Shown here piece by piece: positions 49,901 to 64,000 of a DNA stretch of 64,000 nt. The position numbers were made by a program, and so were the translations under genes. The notes below the pieces were generated by a model, which worked only from the letters and a program-made list of their open reading frames with translations, made no database searches and was not told the DNA's origin. Where the stretch lies: assembly GCF_947568905.1 (NCBI RefSeq), contig NC_079173.1, forward strand, positions 35,464,001 through 35,528,000. Reading direction: 5' to 3'. The number at the start of each line of letters is the position of its first letter. Within the stretch, counting starts at the first letter, position 1. The DNA is from Ostrea edulis. Taxonomy: Eukaryota.

Positions 49901-52900
49901 TATAGTTGATACTTGATACCGAACAAGATAATATACCCTCTAATGGAAATTTATACATAACTCTTTTTCTGAATCCAATTCCTCCTGGCCAGTATTATTA
50001 TTTATAGCTACATTTATTCTATAATATTCTTGTTATCACACCACAGACAACTATTGGAGAGTTACAAACACCACTTCTTGTACTGATTCCAACTTCTATC
50101 ATGAACCATGTGTTTCCACTACTACAATGTGCTGATTATCTGGCAATCATAAGTACAGTTTAATTTCTTACACTAGGATTCATATAATTTTTATAAAAAA
50201 ATAAAGCAAGCTCAACACTGAACGGCCCAACAAGTCAGCGGCACCTCGCAGTAGATGATAATCAAAGGACTGTGATAATCTCAAGTACAAAAATCCAAAA
50301 CAGACAAAATTCATCCTCATATTTTAAAACAGGCATATAAACTGATTACTGATTATTATCTATATTGTAAGACTTTGATAATGATAGAAAATGACTTAGA
50401 ATATATATAGTTTATATATATATATAAAATAAATGATTTTTATTACAATTCTCATACAATTTTGTATATAGTTTTTACAATGGAAGGGAAATTTTTAGCT
50501 CTGGAAGAGGAGATTCATCTGTTGTGAAAGGGCGAAAGCAAGGCTACATTGATATTCTGGTGGTAAAAACAACCTAGATAAATCCCTGGTATCAGGTTTT
50601 TTAGGGTCTGTAGGGGGCTGAAATAAAGCCCCATTCCCAATGCTAAATAGCAGGTATTTTCCCCCAAATTTTTGCTTTGAAATTCCCAAACAATATCATA
50701 AAACAAATCAGATCAGGTAGCTTATTGTTCATATTTCTCCTTCACAGGCCCACAGATTACAACTATTGCTTCAAAATTGTTATCGATAACGGATAAGTAA
50801 ACCTAATTTTTTTGGCCTCTGCTTATGTGAATGAGGTTTACAAGTGTTGACCAAACTGAACATTAGATGGCATGCAATTATACCTAACTAATGCACTCTG
50901 GTTTGGTTTTCTCCCTACTTCTTTGTATGGAACATTTTTCCAAACTTCAACCAGGCCCTCGAAATCAAGACCTTAAAAAAAAAAAAAAAACCTAGGTATT
51001 AAAGCTGATCTTGAGTCTTTTAGCAGACCATGTATTTTGTCCGTATGATAAACTATGAAATATAATATGATTTGACAAATTAAAATGATACAAAACAGAC
51101 GAGTGCCTTAATATACCAGACCTGGATATCTCAATAAATTCATGCAAGTCTGAAACTTCACTCAAATTTTGACTGCTCTAATAAAGAACAATCCAAACTT
51201 CTTTTTAAAATTTCGAGAAATCCAAGACAGCTAGGTCTCAACAAGCAGGATTTGAACTCTGACCTATACCCCGATTACTCTCAGTCAGCAAGTTGAAAAA
51301 AAATAAACATATATATATCTAGATATATTAACCCATGTGACATCCTAGCTGTGGGTCAAACAAAAATACCTACCACACTCCAGTTTCTGAACACTGCGAA
51401 TATATGAAAATACAATACCTTAAGGCCAGTTCAACTTAATTAGTAGATTATCATCTGAGGTCCAAAAAAAATATGGGGCAGGTGGGAGGATTTGACTTTT
51501 TATTTCCCCGAGGAGAAAAAAAATGACAAAAGGCATTGATCACTCAAATTGTTTACAAGTTAAACATTCAAAGACTCTTTGGTAGAAGATAGACCAACAT
51601 TCTGTGATCATTCACTCATGTCACTGGGAAGCAAGTTTGTTTTAAAATCGTAATTTTTTCAACAACAAAAAAAAAAAATCATGGTGGGCCCTTTTTTGGG
51701 GGGTGGGCAGGGATAATAATCTATCATTTAATTTTAATTGGCCTAATTCTGGACACCTATGGTAATTATTGTAAATAAATGAAATTACAAGATGTTAATA
51801 ATTTACATGTTAATTATCACTATACAGCTAATGACTCTGAAGGTGTGATTATCTGTTGTTATATTTGTCTATAATATCTCATCGTATCAAGATTATCATG
51901 TACTCTCCTGGTATTCAAGCCAGCACAGAAATATCTTTTATTCGATGATTTTAACACAGAATACACCTAATGATGTAACTCTCAATACGTAAACTCGTGT
52001 GCTGAATAATTCACCAGGGCTTACAAAATAAAACACCATTAGTTTGGTGTCATTATGGACTCTGCAGAAACTTTGGGATAGATTTTTCTGGCTGTAAATA
52101 TGTTATACAAGCAACAGAGTTATATTGATCTCATCGACAAAATCAGGTGAAGCCTGCCACAAATGTGTTAATCAAATCACAAGTCTGCCCAGATCGGTTT
52201 CTGCTAAAATAGTCTTTTCGCCAATTTTTTCAGATTTCTTGTATGGATATAAACATGAACATCAGATGAATTCAAATATTGAACAGAATCTCATTTTATG
52301 CTGAGAGTATAATTTTGTCTATCCAACATATCCCACAGTGATTAATTAAGTACTATATCAATATTTATGATATGATTTAGTAGTGCCTGTTTTGAATTCA
52401 TATGATCTATATTTTACAATCTCAAAGTAATGGGTTCTTGTCACAGATCTAGAATTTAATATTTCAGATAGTTCATTACACCACCATTTTATTTATGGCT
52501 GTGAAGTATGATTTCACCATCGAAAGAGTGATACAAGCTCAGAGTCAATTAATTTAGATGATGTTTTTGTGCTTATATATTTTAAGACCTGGAATGATAA
52601 AAAAAAAAACTTTAAAGGTATTTTACTGGCAAATAAGATATATTCTAGAGTCCAAATTTCACTAATTTCAATATGTCAGGATTGTCAGCTATGACCACAA
52701 CCAGATTGTATATACATGTACATATTAAAAAAAAATTGTATGCATAAAAGGTATTCAGAAAATTAACAAAATACTCTTTCATTGACTTTTTTTCTGAAAA
52801 GCAAAATAATTGATTTGAAAATTAGTGGGTAAATACTCTTTGTAATAAAAAAAAAAATGCATCTGTAGATCTATCTAGCTGTCACGTCATAATAAAATCG

Positions 52901-53042
52901 TAGCTTATTTAAATTTAAGTCTAATAAGAAATTCTGATTCAATTACTTATTACATAGTCTAATGTAAATATTCTTTTCCCTTAACTTTTCTCTTGGGCAC
53001 ATATGATTTTCTGACTTAATTCAAATATATATATAAAAATAT

Positions 53043-53076
<34 letters not shown>

Positions 53077-56035
53077 ATCACAGGAAATTTTCCAACATTT
53101 TAAAAAATATATATATACTACATCTGTGCTTCTAGGATTTCCATCTTATACTGTTTGTAAGTTTAATTAAATAGAGACACACAATCCAAATAAAGAACAT
53201 ACACTTTAGAATTATTTACGATTTAGGAGAGATGAGAATATGGAATTCTAAATAATGATCATTTAATTTATAATCATGTGCCTCGATCTTTCTATAGATC
53301 AACTGATGATTAAGACAAACACATTTCACATGCATGCAATTATTCCTAGTCCATTAAGATTTGTTAATATTGGAACAATCTTGGAAAGTATGTGAATTAA
53401 ATGAGAATTTAAAATACATTTATTAACTACACAAGTTATTAACTAAAAAGACCACTCATAAGGAAAATGTGATCAGTCGTGTGCCAACTAGTTCACATAC
53501 TAACACAATATGTGGCATACCAATTCAAGGTTGGATAAGTGTATTTGTTTTGTACACTCATTAATCATATATTCCCATGCATGAATCTGTTCGTTATTTG
53601 GGTCAAATCACAGACAAAAGGGTTACAGTATAAACTAATCTAATGATCACATTTTTCTGCTTCTTATCTGTGCGAGCTTTGTCAATATAAACAGTGATTT
53701 TCTTTATAAGATATAGCTATTCTGCTGCATCATTGCCAATTTACATATTAAATGCTTCTCTTGCAAATTTAATATAGACAAGTCACAGAAAGCTGACAGT
53801 AATTCTTGTCAAGCATTCATACAGAATTTTAAAAAAAATTAAATTTGAAAAGTCATTTAAACACAAAATTAAAATTCTCGCTATTATTTGAATTTTAAAA
53901 TCAATTGCTTTAATAATAGATACATTGAATCTATACCAATGTGATCATGGTGAAAGACAAATTAATTCACAAATCTATATTGATTCTAATTTTTCTGCGA
54001 GAATGCAGTTTTTCCTGTATCGCCTAAACTGAGTATGGCTTTTTCCCCACTTCAACGGAGGCACCTATCAGATGATTGGTGATTTGAGGAATTTCTCACT
54101 TGAGGATACTCGAGGGATTGAGTTGAGGTTGAGTACTAGTATTTTGAAAAGTTGGCGACCACAGGCACGACATTATATTTTTTAAAAGACAGTGAACAAG
54201 GGGGTCACATCAGGTCTAATATTTGCTGTAAGAGTTTAACTTCGTGACTTCTGTAACCACTGTCAATCACACATACTGTTAGATGAATGACTTATTTTGA
54301 CATCTGTTTTTATCCGTCCATTTGTTTTATGATTTTTAAAGAAATACAGAATCAAATAAAATGCTTTAAATGTCAAACATCAAATTGGTGCAGTGGACTA
54401 GTGGAATGAGGAAGAGATCCAAAAGTACATGTATGGCCTAGGCCAGTGACTTAATTGTTCACTATACTCAGTAATCATAGAGGAAAAAACAATTGTTATA
54501 TAAATAAAACAGAAAAAAAGATCCCAGATTCATTCTTTATTAAATTTTAGCTTGTAGGTTTTAATTTCAGCCTTTGGATTTTTATTTCCATATAGACTAA
54601 ATTAAGTCTGTAGAAAAACTTTAATTTTTGACCCCTGATATGTCAAATATAAATATGTTTTACGGTGTGACCACCGAGATGAGCGAAGACCTATCACATC
54701 TTGCAACACAACTTTATGCAAATCCGCCATTTAACGCAGGGAAATATAATGTGGTTGATGTAAACAGTGCATTGTGATGTCATATTAACAGTGTTTTATG
54801 AAAGTTTTAAGCTTGTCAGGAATTTTTATGTTTGTGGTACTTTCCAAACTATTTATTTGTTTTATCTACAAGGTTGTTAATAAAGTATACCGCAGTGACG
54901 GTGACATTTTTGTACCGCAGTGACGGCGACATTTTTGCTTTGGAGAAATGTTGCTGTCACTGCCGTATGATACTCTAATTTTTTCAGCTGATGAAAAGCA
55001 TATCATGTCACTAAGAGTGAGCTCATCGTGTCGCTTTACAACATGAGCAAAGCTCATTAGACCCTTTCCGATTTTTAATTTTTCTGACATTTCTTTAATT
55101 TTTAAAATAGTCCAAATGTTAAAATTGCTGCTGCTATATGTCAAACATGGAGAGTATGTAGCCTAGTGCAATATGTTAATTGAATTAAGTATGCATGGTC
55201 CCATGTAAAAATCAGGTAAAATCGCATAAATTGCATGATAAGTCCATGTTCACGAAATGATCCCAAATTTAGCATACTAATTAAGTCATCGTAATATGTT
55301 TAGCAAATGTAGTTTTGATTTAAAATTATATGTAACCAATATCATATGAAATTATGCATTTAATATAACTGCTTACTCTATGATACTTATGCAAAAAACA
55401 TTTGATTCTTGACTTCAGTAAAATGTACTAAATATACAGTAAACTATCAAATTACTCTTCAGCTGTGAATGGGGGGGGGGGGGACCATAAAATGCAAAAC
55501 CCATTTTTGAGTTCCTCAATAATTCTCTACCTTTGTTGAACTCCCATTAGACAAAAGGTATAATCTATATTTTATTGCATGCATGATAGTGGGCATAAAT
55601 ATGTTTATCCCTAGTACATCGTTACATTCGAATATATGTTAACATCTCTGCCATACGTCAAGCATGAAACTTTGAAAAACTTTCACCGAAGCACGTGAGG
55701 CAATGGAAGTTAGAAACAAAGAACTAATTAATACATTTAATTAGAAATGAATCATTGAATGATTATGAAAACAAATGGATGTTATTTTAGCCTAAATGAT
55801 CATCAAATTGACAGCAGAACTTTGCGAAAACATTTTTATAGCCTAGATCTAGCAAGGCTAGAAGTTGATCGCGTGTGCATTTTTAAAATAATTTCATTTC
55901 TGAAGTTTCAGATATACAGAACACAAATTTAATACTGGAGAAATATTTGATCCAACTGATCAGCTGAGGGGATGTTGAACAGCTGGATCCGTATTTACAA
56001 TGACCAGTTTAAAAAAATACATTACTTTTACTCAC

Positions 56036-56520
56036 CAGAATGTCAAGGAATTTAAAGCACCGTGATTATCTAAATCTAGCCATTGAAACATGCGAGATAA
56101 ACAAAAAGTAAACAATGTAAATCTCCGGGAAGTTACCTCATACCTGTTGATACTTGACCGCCACATGCTTGATACTATGGGAAACACATACCGCCCACGA
56201 TGAACCAATGAAATCGGATGTAACTTTGGCATTTAAACCAATGACGTCTCGTGACTCAAAAAACTTGTGCTGCGAAGATTTATTTTACCTAATGACTGCA
56301 ATATTAAGAGTGAGCACAAAATGCTAAAAAAATTTGCACGTTCCGTGCTGCAATCGCATCTGTTAAGTTCGACAAGTGATTTCCATTCTTGTTGGAAAGG
56401 CTAAAGAAATTTCGATTTTCTCTGCCCGGGCCGAGACGGTTCGGCCTACGGATGATTCGGCTCAAAGATGTTTGGCCACCATTTGCAGGAACTTGATACG
56501 CTAGCCTGGCTACACAACAC
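56036..56520 (-). promoter_or_regulatory. Candidate non-coding first exon / promoter region of TTLL4
   Basis: Locally CpG/GC-enriched segment with several consensus minus-strand donors (TG|GTGAG at 56036, AG|GTAACT at 56137, AG|GTATGA at 56144). The exon ending at 45392 has an acceptor and so needs an upstream exon. Inference only. Confidence 0.35.
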
Positions 56521-56538
56521 GTCTGACCTATCAGACCT

Positions 56539-56543
<5 letters not shown>

Positions 56544-56584
<41 letters not shown>
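56544..56584. repeat. (AG)n microsatellite
   Basis: Perfect AG run. Confidence 0.95.
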
Positions 56585-56587
<3 letters not shown>

Positions 56588-58224
56588 TATAGCGTCACAA
56601 TATGATTACAAGTACCAATGGCATGCCCCTTGTAGACTTGGACTCTATAATGATAATGATGTAAAGATATTTTCATTTAGGCCTATGAAACGCACGATCT
56701 ATAGTCCTAAACAACTCTATCTTTGTTTTTCGCAACAACAAAAAATCTACATTGCCAATTTGGGACTGAGTGACTTTTTTCAAAGGTCCGGTATTTTATT
56801 GCAAAATAAAGCATGCTTACAATTCAGCAGTCTGACTACAGCCAGATCCTACTAATTCACTACAACGCTTCGAGGTGAATAGTAGGGGCTTTAGTCAGAC
56901 TGACAATTCAGTAAATTATTGTTTGTAAGATATAGATAAGTTTCTAGGATTTGAAATAAAGTTTTGAAATACTTTTTGATATATATATTTTCCGGGATAA
57001 ATATTGCTGCCCCATCAGTGTTGAAAATAAAAATGTTTGAGTCCTATCAGTATGTGAGCCAAAATAAATGTGTGTCCTATCGCATTTTGCACTGGTCCCA
57101 ACTCCCCAATAAATATTGACCGGTTCCTAATATTGATCATGCAATTTTATTTTAAGTAAACATTGTTGATATTCTATAACACCTAACAAGACTTAAACTA
57201 CTAGCTATAGTACGGGTAATGATCGAACCAACAAGTCAAATCTACTCATTTCGAAAGTCGAACACAGTATAACAATACAACATTAGCTCTATTTTAAAGA
57301 GCTATTTACCGACTAACGTAATAATTTGATAGAGAATACTGAAATGTAAATTAAAAAAATACTTGAATGTACATGAGACAACACTTCAGTAAAACAGTAA
57401 TTAAAATATGCAAAACGTAGCACTTTAAACAACATTAGACAATTAAACTAAACGAAGTAAAAGTGTAGTTTACATAATCACGCAGCCATATATTTATTTA
57501 TTACCTTCATCTAGAGGGGATACAACACACATTGTTTGTTTGTTTGTTTTTTAATTATACAGCAAGTTTTCTTATACAGCTCCCCATTCCACGGGGTAAA
57601 GTTTCATTATAACGGGAACTCTGCTATGATATGCATGAAAACTTACGAGTTTGTTAGTATTTAAGTAAATAAATGATGGCTCGATTTTGTTGGAAGCTCT
57701 CCCCATTTTCCTATGTCTTCACGAATAGTGTAATCTTTCTATAATGAGGCTACTCTGACTGAATGACAGAAATGTAATCCATGGAATGGGGAGATCATTC
57801 GGCTGGTTCCCGCTCCCGCCACCCCATAACGACATTCGTTAACTACTCGGCTCTGGACGCAATAATGACCGTACGTGCGTCCTAGCATGGTTTAACGGTC
57901 ATACTAGATAGAGAACCCTGGGGATTTTTAATTATTACAAGTGTGTTGACTAACTACATTGCTTATTGATGTTAGTGCAGATATTGATCAAACTAACGAA
58001 TTTCATTAGGAGAGAATTTTTCTCCTATAAAATGATATGAATAAAACGGGTTACGTATAGATGGGTGGACTTGGTTTTAGTTTGATTAATTTGTGTACTA
58101 TTATTAAAAATCAATGTAGTCCGTGGACACTTGATTAAAAAAATAATAAACTATATATATTTCTTTGATCCATAAGTCATTCACTTAATACTCCCAGTAG
58201 AGAAAATTATAGAATATATAGCAT

Positions 58225-58611
58225 AGGCGGATCCAGGAATTTGTGAAAGGAGGATCTCACTTGATCTTTAAATATTTACGTACTTTTCACAACCGCCACC
58301 CTACCCCATTTACACCCTCTGCTGGTGTGCATATCTTTAGGGAAATCTTGAGACAGTTTTTTATACATGAATGTTTAGTTTATTTACTACTTGTTTCCAA
58401 AGTTCTAATCACTCTAATCGCCATACTTAGACCTGATGTCGCAATGAAATAAAGGAAGAAGAAAAGAGAGAAGAAGCTAATTTAAAGTTTACTCGCAATA
58501 AACTAAGAGGGGGGGGGGGGCTAGTCCCTCAGAAGCTCTGGGGTAAATGGTGCAAAACCCTGCATTCTGAGCATTCCCAGGCACTTCTTTTTCACTTTCA
58601 ATTTGTCTACT

Positions 58612-58642
<31 letters not shown>

Positions 58643-59347
58643 TTTATGTTAGATATACTTTTCAGTGTGTCGTCTTATTCACCCTAGAATTAAATGATAT
58701 ACGGGTGTTAATTTTGAATGATTCAATGACATGTAAGTATCCATCTTTCATACCATTTTGACTTAAAGTCTCGTTAGAATCAATAAAGATTTTCATAAGT
58801 AAACATAAATATTTTAAAAGTGAATGGTTTGTTAATAGTTTATATTGTGTCTTATTCAAGTAACTATGATATAGGCATGTAGGCATTCGTTAGATTAACC
58901 TTACATCTTTGAATACTAGTACTTTAAAAAAGGAGGAGCGATTAGTAATTTTATCTTCTTTCTTTGTCAAAATAACTAACTTTGCAAGGGTGGATCCAAC
59001 AATTTTTGAAAAGGGGGGTACCATGAATATTGGTTTTCAAATGGGGACCCATCTTTAAAATGTGTTATTTTTACCCTTTTTAAGCAAAATTTCCTGAGGA
59101 AAAAGGGATCCGACTACCACCACCCCCGGTCTTCAATTCTACGTGCCCGATTGAGATGTAATTAAATTAACCTAATCCTCCTCATTAAAAACATCATCAT
59201 AATGACACTCAGATTACAACACAAAATTTAGCGTCATATCTATGGGGCATAAGTGTCAAATCTGCTTAAGGGAGCTACAGGGGAAGGGCCCAAAAAAAAA
59301 AAAATACAAACTCCCCCCCCCCCCCGGAAAAAATTCTGAATCCGCCT
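58225..59347. mobile_element. Possible non-autonomous DNA element with AGGCGGATCCAG / CTGAATCCGCCT termini
   Basis: 12-bp imperfect inverted termini; no clear target-site duplication. Confidence 0.33.
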
Positions 59348-60119
59348 GTTATACTAGGCGTGTTCATTCCAGAGCGAATCGCCCATAGACTAAATCGCGT
59401 GGTTACCTCTGGAAAGAAATATCCGAAAATGAAAGTAGGGGATGATTATATGTGAGCAGGTTGATATGATATTTTGTTTTGATTATCTATTTTACAAATT
59501 CTTTTACCAATTTTTTTTCCAATTCATTCAGCAGCTACAGTATAATGGACAGGCGCGCCATACATTTTAGTTTCATATATTTTTAAAAGATTTATTGGTG
59601 TTTCTTGGCCGAGTACGAGCACCAGCTGATTATCACTATCAGTCTATTCTTTTTAGAAAAGTATACAGACATGTCCATTTCCTGATAGTGAATAATTATT
59701 CCCATATCGGCGAAGCCGGAGGGAACTTTAATTGCACTCTGTCTGTCCGTCCGTCCGTCTGTGTCAGTCAGTCCGGCAAGTCAGTTTTCCGCAGGTTTTT
59801 TTTTTTTTTTTTTTTTCTCGTCATGCTTGCAGATTCACAGGAGTCATCAGTTTTATCTGTAAAGGTCTACAATGTAAACACTGAGCTTCTGATGAAAGGC
59901 TTAAAATTGATAACAGATGTTCCTTGAGTCAAGGACTTTTGGACCAAGTTCTCTCAAGGTCATTTTGTAAAGGTCAGTGTAACCCAGAACATATACCTTA
60001 TGTCAACAATATTTCAACAGTTATTGATTTACATTGTCACACAAATATGTATTGTGCTGATGATTTCGCAAAATTAAAAGTTATTTATAACTTGAAGTAA
60101 AAGTTCATTATTTCAACAG

Positions 60120-61245
60120 TTTTTATATGCCTGTTTTAGATGGGACATATTTTGGTACAGCGATGTCTGTATGTCCATCCGTTCGTGGTTTTCTGTTTCT
60201 ATTTTCATTTCTCTGTCACATAGGAAGCTGAAACTTGCTATACAGCTTCTTTGTGTATCACCGTAGACTAGAACATGCAATTTTGATCTATTTGGACCTC
60301 TCTCAGGAGTTTTGCCCCTTTATTTGAAAATTATTGTTATATGAAGGGTATATACATAAGTTGTCTGGTTCACTCGATATCCCACAATTTTAAAGTGAGG
60401 ACCATCTTGTTTTACAGAGTGTTAGTATAAGTATATATGGGATGGGTATTGAACATGTGCATGTGAAATAGGTTTTGATTTCCTTCTATTTTTGAGAATA
60501 TTACAGGTTGTTGAACTTGGTCCATTTTGAGGAAATAATACATGGAGAGTATTGGATTTGTCCTGTGAATTCCTCCCAAAGTTTTCAAGTGATAACCTTC
60601 ATATTTTACACTGTATATTGAGTTAATGCATGTGGCAAGGATTTTGATTTCCTTAAATTTTTGAGAAAATTACAGGATGTCGAACTTAGTACGTTTTGAG
60701 GAATTATTAGATAGAGAGTACATGATTTGTCTGTTTTTCCTTCCATGGTTTTCAAGTGAGGACCTTCTTATTTTACAGAGTATTTGTATGGGTATGGAAG
60801 ATCTGTATCAGTGGTAAGGCTTTTGATTTTCTTCAATTTTTGAGATAATTATAGTCTTGAGAAAATATGCATATGATAGATAAAGGGCATGGTTTGTCCT
60901 TTTATATCCCCTCTCACAGTTTAGAAGCTAGGGTCTTTTGAAGATGTGCATAGTGCAAGGATTTTGATTCTCATAACAAATTTTAATTTTATTTGATGTT
61001 TTGAATATTAACAAATTGTTGAACTTGGTCTTTGGGGAAATATTTTGGTTTGCATGTCTATCTACCTCTTGTAACTGTTAAGGCTAAGAACCTTTATTCA
61101 TACAATGCAAAAAAAGTATGTCACAGCCTGATGATGGCTGATACTACCTGAAGCAAAATTCTACAAATTATGGCTTAAGAAAAACACCCTATGTAAGCAT
61201 TTTCAGGGGTGTATTATGTATTATTTGCGGTACTCTTATTTAACA
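60120..61245 (-). mobile_element. HINE-like element in reverse orientation
   Basis: Begins TTTTTATATGCC followed by CTGTATGTCCATCCGT; internal repeats with GGATTTTGATTTCC...GAACTT; ends GCGGTACTCTT. Confidence 0.55.
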
Positions 61246-61507
61246 GGTACTCTTCATGTATCACACAAATATCAAAGTATTAGGAAAAGGGCCTGAAGGT
61301 CATCTTGTAAAGATCAAGGTCATTCAGAAAATAGACCTTATATATGAAAAAACACCCTACATTTCAACAATTATTGATCATGAGGGTCATTTTGTCATAA
61401 GAAGTAGCGCATTCAATGGTTAGATGCAGTTTGGAGAGCATCCATCAGTTTTACCAATATTCCTGTTTTTTTTTAGATCAACATCCTAAACAATGAAGTT
61501 ATAATCT

Positions 61508-61954
61508 ATGAAAATGTCAATGCAAGAGACTTACATCATTAAAAAATGGCCGTGTAGTTACTATGACAACACAGTTCGAAGATGGATGTATGGGACCTTG
61601 TGTATTATGGGCCATGGCATAAAATTTACAACAGACGATGAAAATTCACATCAGGACATACATTATTCGAACATAGCTGAAGTGAAGAAAACGATGACTG
61701 GCATTATATTTAGAGCAGTCTTTGTTGCCACGAAGACTGGGATAAAACACTGGTTTTCTTCATTTTCTGATGTTCAGTCAGTTGTGCAATTCATCAACTT
61801 CTTTCTGAGGTCAAAATTATTGCAGAGAAAAGACACCAAAAGTACGATGGACACAGAGATTAAGGGACGGACTGAAATGGGTCGCAAGCTGTTGACTGTT
61901 GCCATGGATTCAGAGAAAACATTACAAAATGCTGCAGAAACACTCAATAGTCAG
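61508..61954 (+). CDS. SNAP47: SNAP47 orthologue, first coding exon (gene continues beyond the window)
   Basis: WPCSYYDNTVRRWMYGTL...KHWFSS...GRKLLTVAMDSEKTLQNAAETLNSQ resembles the SNAP47 N-terminus (WPCxYY..RRW..G.L, KHWFSS) running into the first SNARE helix; poly-T TAG acceptor at 61475-61476, CAG|GTATTA donor. Confidence 0.85.
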
Positions 61955-61994
61955 GTATTATAGATTAAGCCATCCCTTTTGTTTGTCTATCAAC

Positions 61995-62055
61995 ATAGCT
62001 CAGTGGTTAAGGTATCGGATTAGTGACCCACAGATCTTGAGTTCAAATTCACCAG
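61995..62055 (+). mobile_element. tRNA-like Pol III head (decayed SINE)
   Basis: TAGCTCAGTGGTTAAGG A box and GAGTTCAAATTC B box; no complete cloverleaf. Confidence 0.45.
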
Positions 62056-62106
62056 TGTTTGAAAACCATGTTTCTTTTAATATCCAAAATTGCACATTTT
62101 TGCCTT

Positions 62107-63004
62107 TTTATACGCACATCATTAGACGGGACGTATTATGTTATGGCACTGTCCGGCTGGCTGGCTGTCCGTCCATCCGTCCCGGGTCACGTTTTCCAGA
62201 CTTTTTTCCGTAACGGATGCATGAACAACTTTGAAATTTGATCACAATGTCTCCCTCAAGAATTGTAAGAGTGAATTTGCATTTCAGCTGGATTGGTCCA
62301 TCCTTGACCTACTTTAGGGCTATAAGTAGGTCAAACAGTTTTCTGGACTTTTTTTGTTACAGATACAGAATATTGCCCTGAAATTTACACATTAAGCTTT
62401 TTTTTTCAGTGGAATACAAGTTCAGTTTGCATTTCAGCTGGATTGGTCCATCCTTGAACTACTTTTGGAATAAAAATAGGTCAGATAGTTTTCCGGGCTT
62501 TTTTTTCATTATGGATTCAGATATTGCCCTGATATTTAGTCAAAGGCTTCCTCTCAGAGGAAGACAAGCGCAGTTAACATTTCAGCTGGATAATTGGCGC
62601 ACAATAGGAGTAGAAGTAGGTCAAAGTTTTCCAGATTTTTTTGGTATGGTCACAGATATTGCTCTGAAATTTAGTCACAACCTTCCTTTCAGAGAAATAC
62701 ATAATCAGTTCACATTTCAACTTAATTGGTGCACCATGACCTACTTTAGGGCTAAAAGTAGATCAAATGGTTTCCTGAACTTTTTATCATTATAGATAGA
62801 TATTGCACCAACATTTTGTTTCAACCTCACTCTCGGAGAAATACACAATCAGTTCACATGTCAGATGGATTGGTGCCCCATGACCCACTTCAAGGCTTTT
62901 CTATTTAGAATGTGTGTTGTATCAATTCAAAGTGCACAATATGCTTCCATGTTGAATTTCACCGTCCGACAGGCATATATTGTACCGTTTGCGGTACTCT
63001 TGTT
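62107..63004 (-). mobile_element. HINE-like element in reverse orientation with internal repeats
   Basis: TTTTTATACGC start, GTCCGTCCATCCGTCC microsatellite, repeated TTTGCATTTCAGCTGGATTGG units, end GCGGTACTCTTGTT (reverse complement of AACAAGAG). Confidence 0.7.
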
Positions 63005-63361
63005 GACACATGTATTTAATACATATCATCACATCTTTCATAATCTAAATGATTTTGTGCTGATTTGATAAATTCCTTCAAGGTGTAGTGAGCCACCATG
63101 ATTTTCACTCTGTTCTATAAATAGTACACCTCCTTTTGCTGGTCGAATGGCATTTTAATTACAAGCTCATGTGTAGTATCACGAGGCTACCAGTGGGTCT
63201 TCAGACTTTCATTTCAATTTTTAGCCGAGTTGCGTAGCAAATCTCGGCTTTTAAATTGGGGGAGGATGGGCGTCCAGTCAGGGGGGGGGGGGGCATCCAC
63301 AATTAGCTTGTCCAGTCTCTAACTTTCATACTTTTTGGTGCATCTTGTAATGCGCTTGTAA

Positions 63362-63519
63362 TGGCAGCTTGCACTGTATGCTTCCTAGGAGGCTGAGAAA
63401 GTTCTAGATTGATATAAGGTCTGCCGGGGTAATAATGTACATTGATTATTGTAAAGCGCTTTGAGCAGCATACGCTGGAAAAGGCGCTATATAAAACCAA
63501 TCATTATTATTATTATTAT
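63362..63519 (+). mobile_element. SINE 3' portion with L2/CR1-type tail
   Basis: GTAAAGCGCTTTGAGC...GGAAAAGGCGCTATATAAA followed by (ATT)n. Confidence 0.62.
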
Positions 63520-64000
63520 CTTTGTGAGACTTACATAACATGATCACATCCAAACGAGGAAGTTTCCTATTTATTTTGAGGTCAAAAGGTCAAGGTCTCT
63601 TTTTCACTATATACTGTAGATTTGAGCTTGCTTCTAACTTTTATACATGTACTTGCTGGTGCATCTTTATCAGACTTCAAATCCTGATGACATTCAAGAT
63701 TCATGTTGCTTTTGAAATCCAAAGGTCAAGGTCATTATCACACTAAATACTTATTGCGGCCATTCAAAGCTTCATACTTATAAACTATATTAAATATGTG
63801 CATGTTTTTACTTAGTGAATACAAGCGTGCATAATTTTCCAAACTGCAACTCGGCCATACGCATCTTTGATGCGTTTTAGCGATTTTTGTAAGTTCATTT
63901 GGATTTATTGCCAATGCATGCCAGTAAATTTTTAAATCATTTTTCAGGGTCACCAGCTAAATTCAGCGATGGCGACAATGATGGATATTCATTCTGACCT

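Noticed and set aside
56032-56232. 66-aa ORF as a TTLL4 N-terminal coding exon
   Set aside because: Splicing TG|GTGAG to the 45392 acceptor creates TG+A = TGA, so it cannot extend the main frame; at most a uORF.
62409-62795. 128-aa ORF as a SNAP47 continuation
   Set aside because: Lies inside a HINE-like repeat element and has no SNARE similarity.

Overview
AT-rich, intron-containing animal genomic DNA, not prokaryotic. It is most likely from an oyster (Ostreidae), inferred from a 166-bp HindIII satellite carried in a Helentron-type non-autonomous element and from bivalve-type SINEs. The minus strand carries a tubulin polyglutamylase TTLL4 gene. I reconstructed 17 phase-consistent coding exons by hand (45286 down to 3862; 3561 nt, about 1186 aa). 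Head-to-head with it on the plus strand is the first coding exon of a SNAP47 orthologue (61508-61954). The introns contain HINE/Helentron-like elements with internal satellites, tRNA-derived SINEs, an RTE LINE remnant, MITEs, many minisatellites and a very young 5'-truncated Penelope-like element. Main highlights: (1) 8 of the 33 splice sites bordering TTLL4 coding exons lie inside tandem duplications or arrays (2 to about 27 copies) that copy the splice site itself; one array creates a latent in-frame 51-nt cassette exon. (2) The TTLL4 stop (TGA-CTG) is followed by 65 more open in-frame codons containing a basic cluster, so it is a readthrough or premature-stop candidate. (3) The Penelope insertion has a 259-bp inverted terminal repeat, each arm containing a minimal hammerhead ribozyme motif. 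Most small ORFs in the supplied track are artefacts of repeats.
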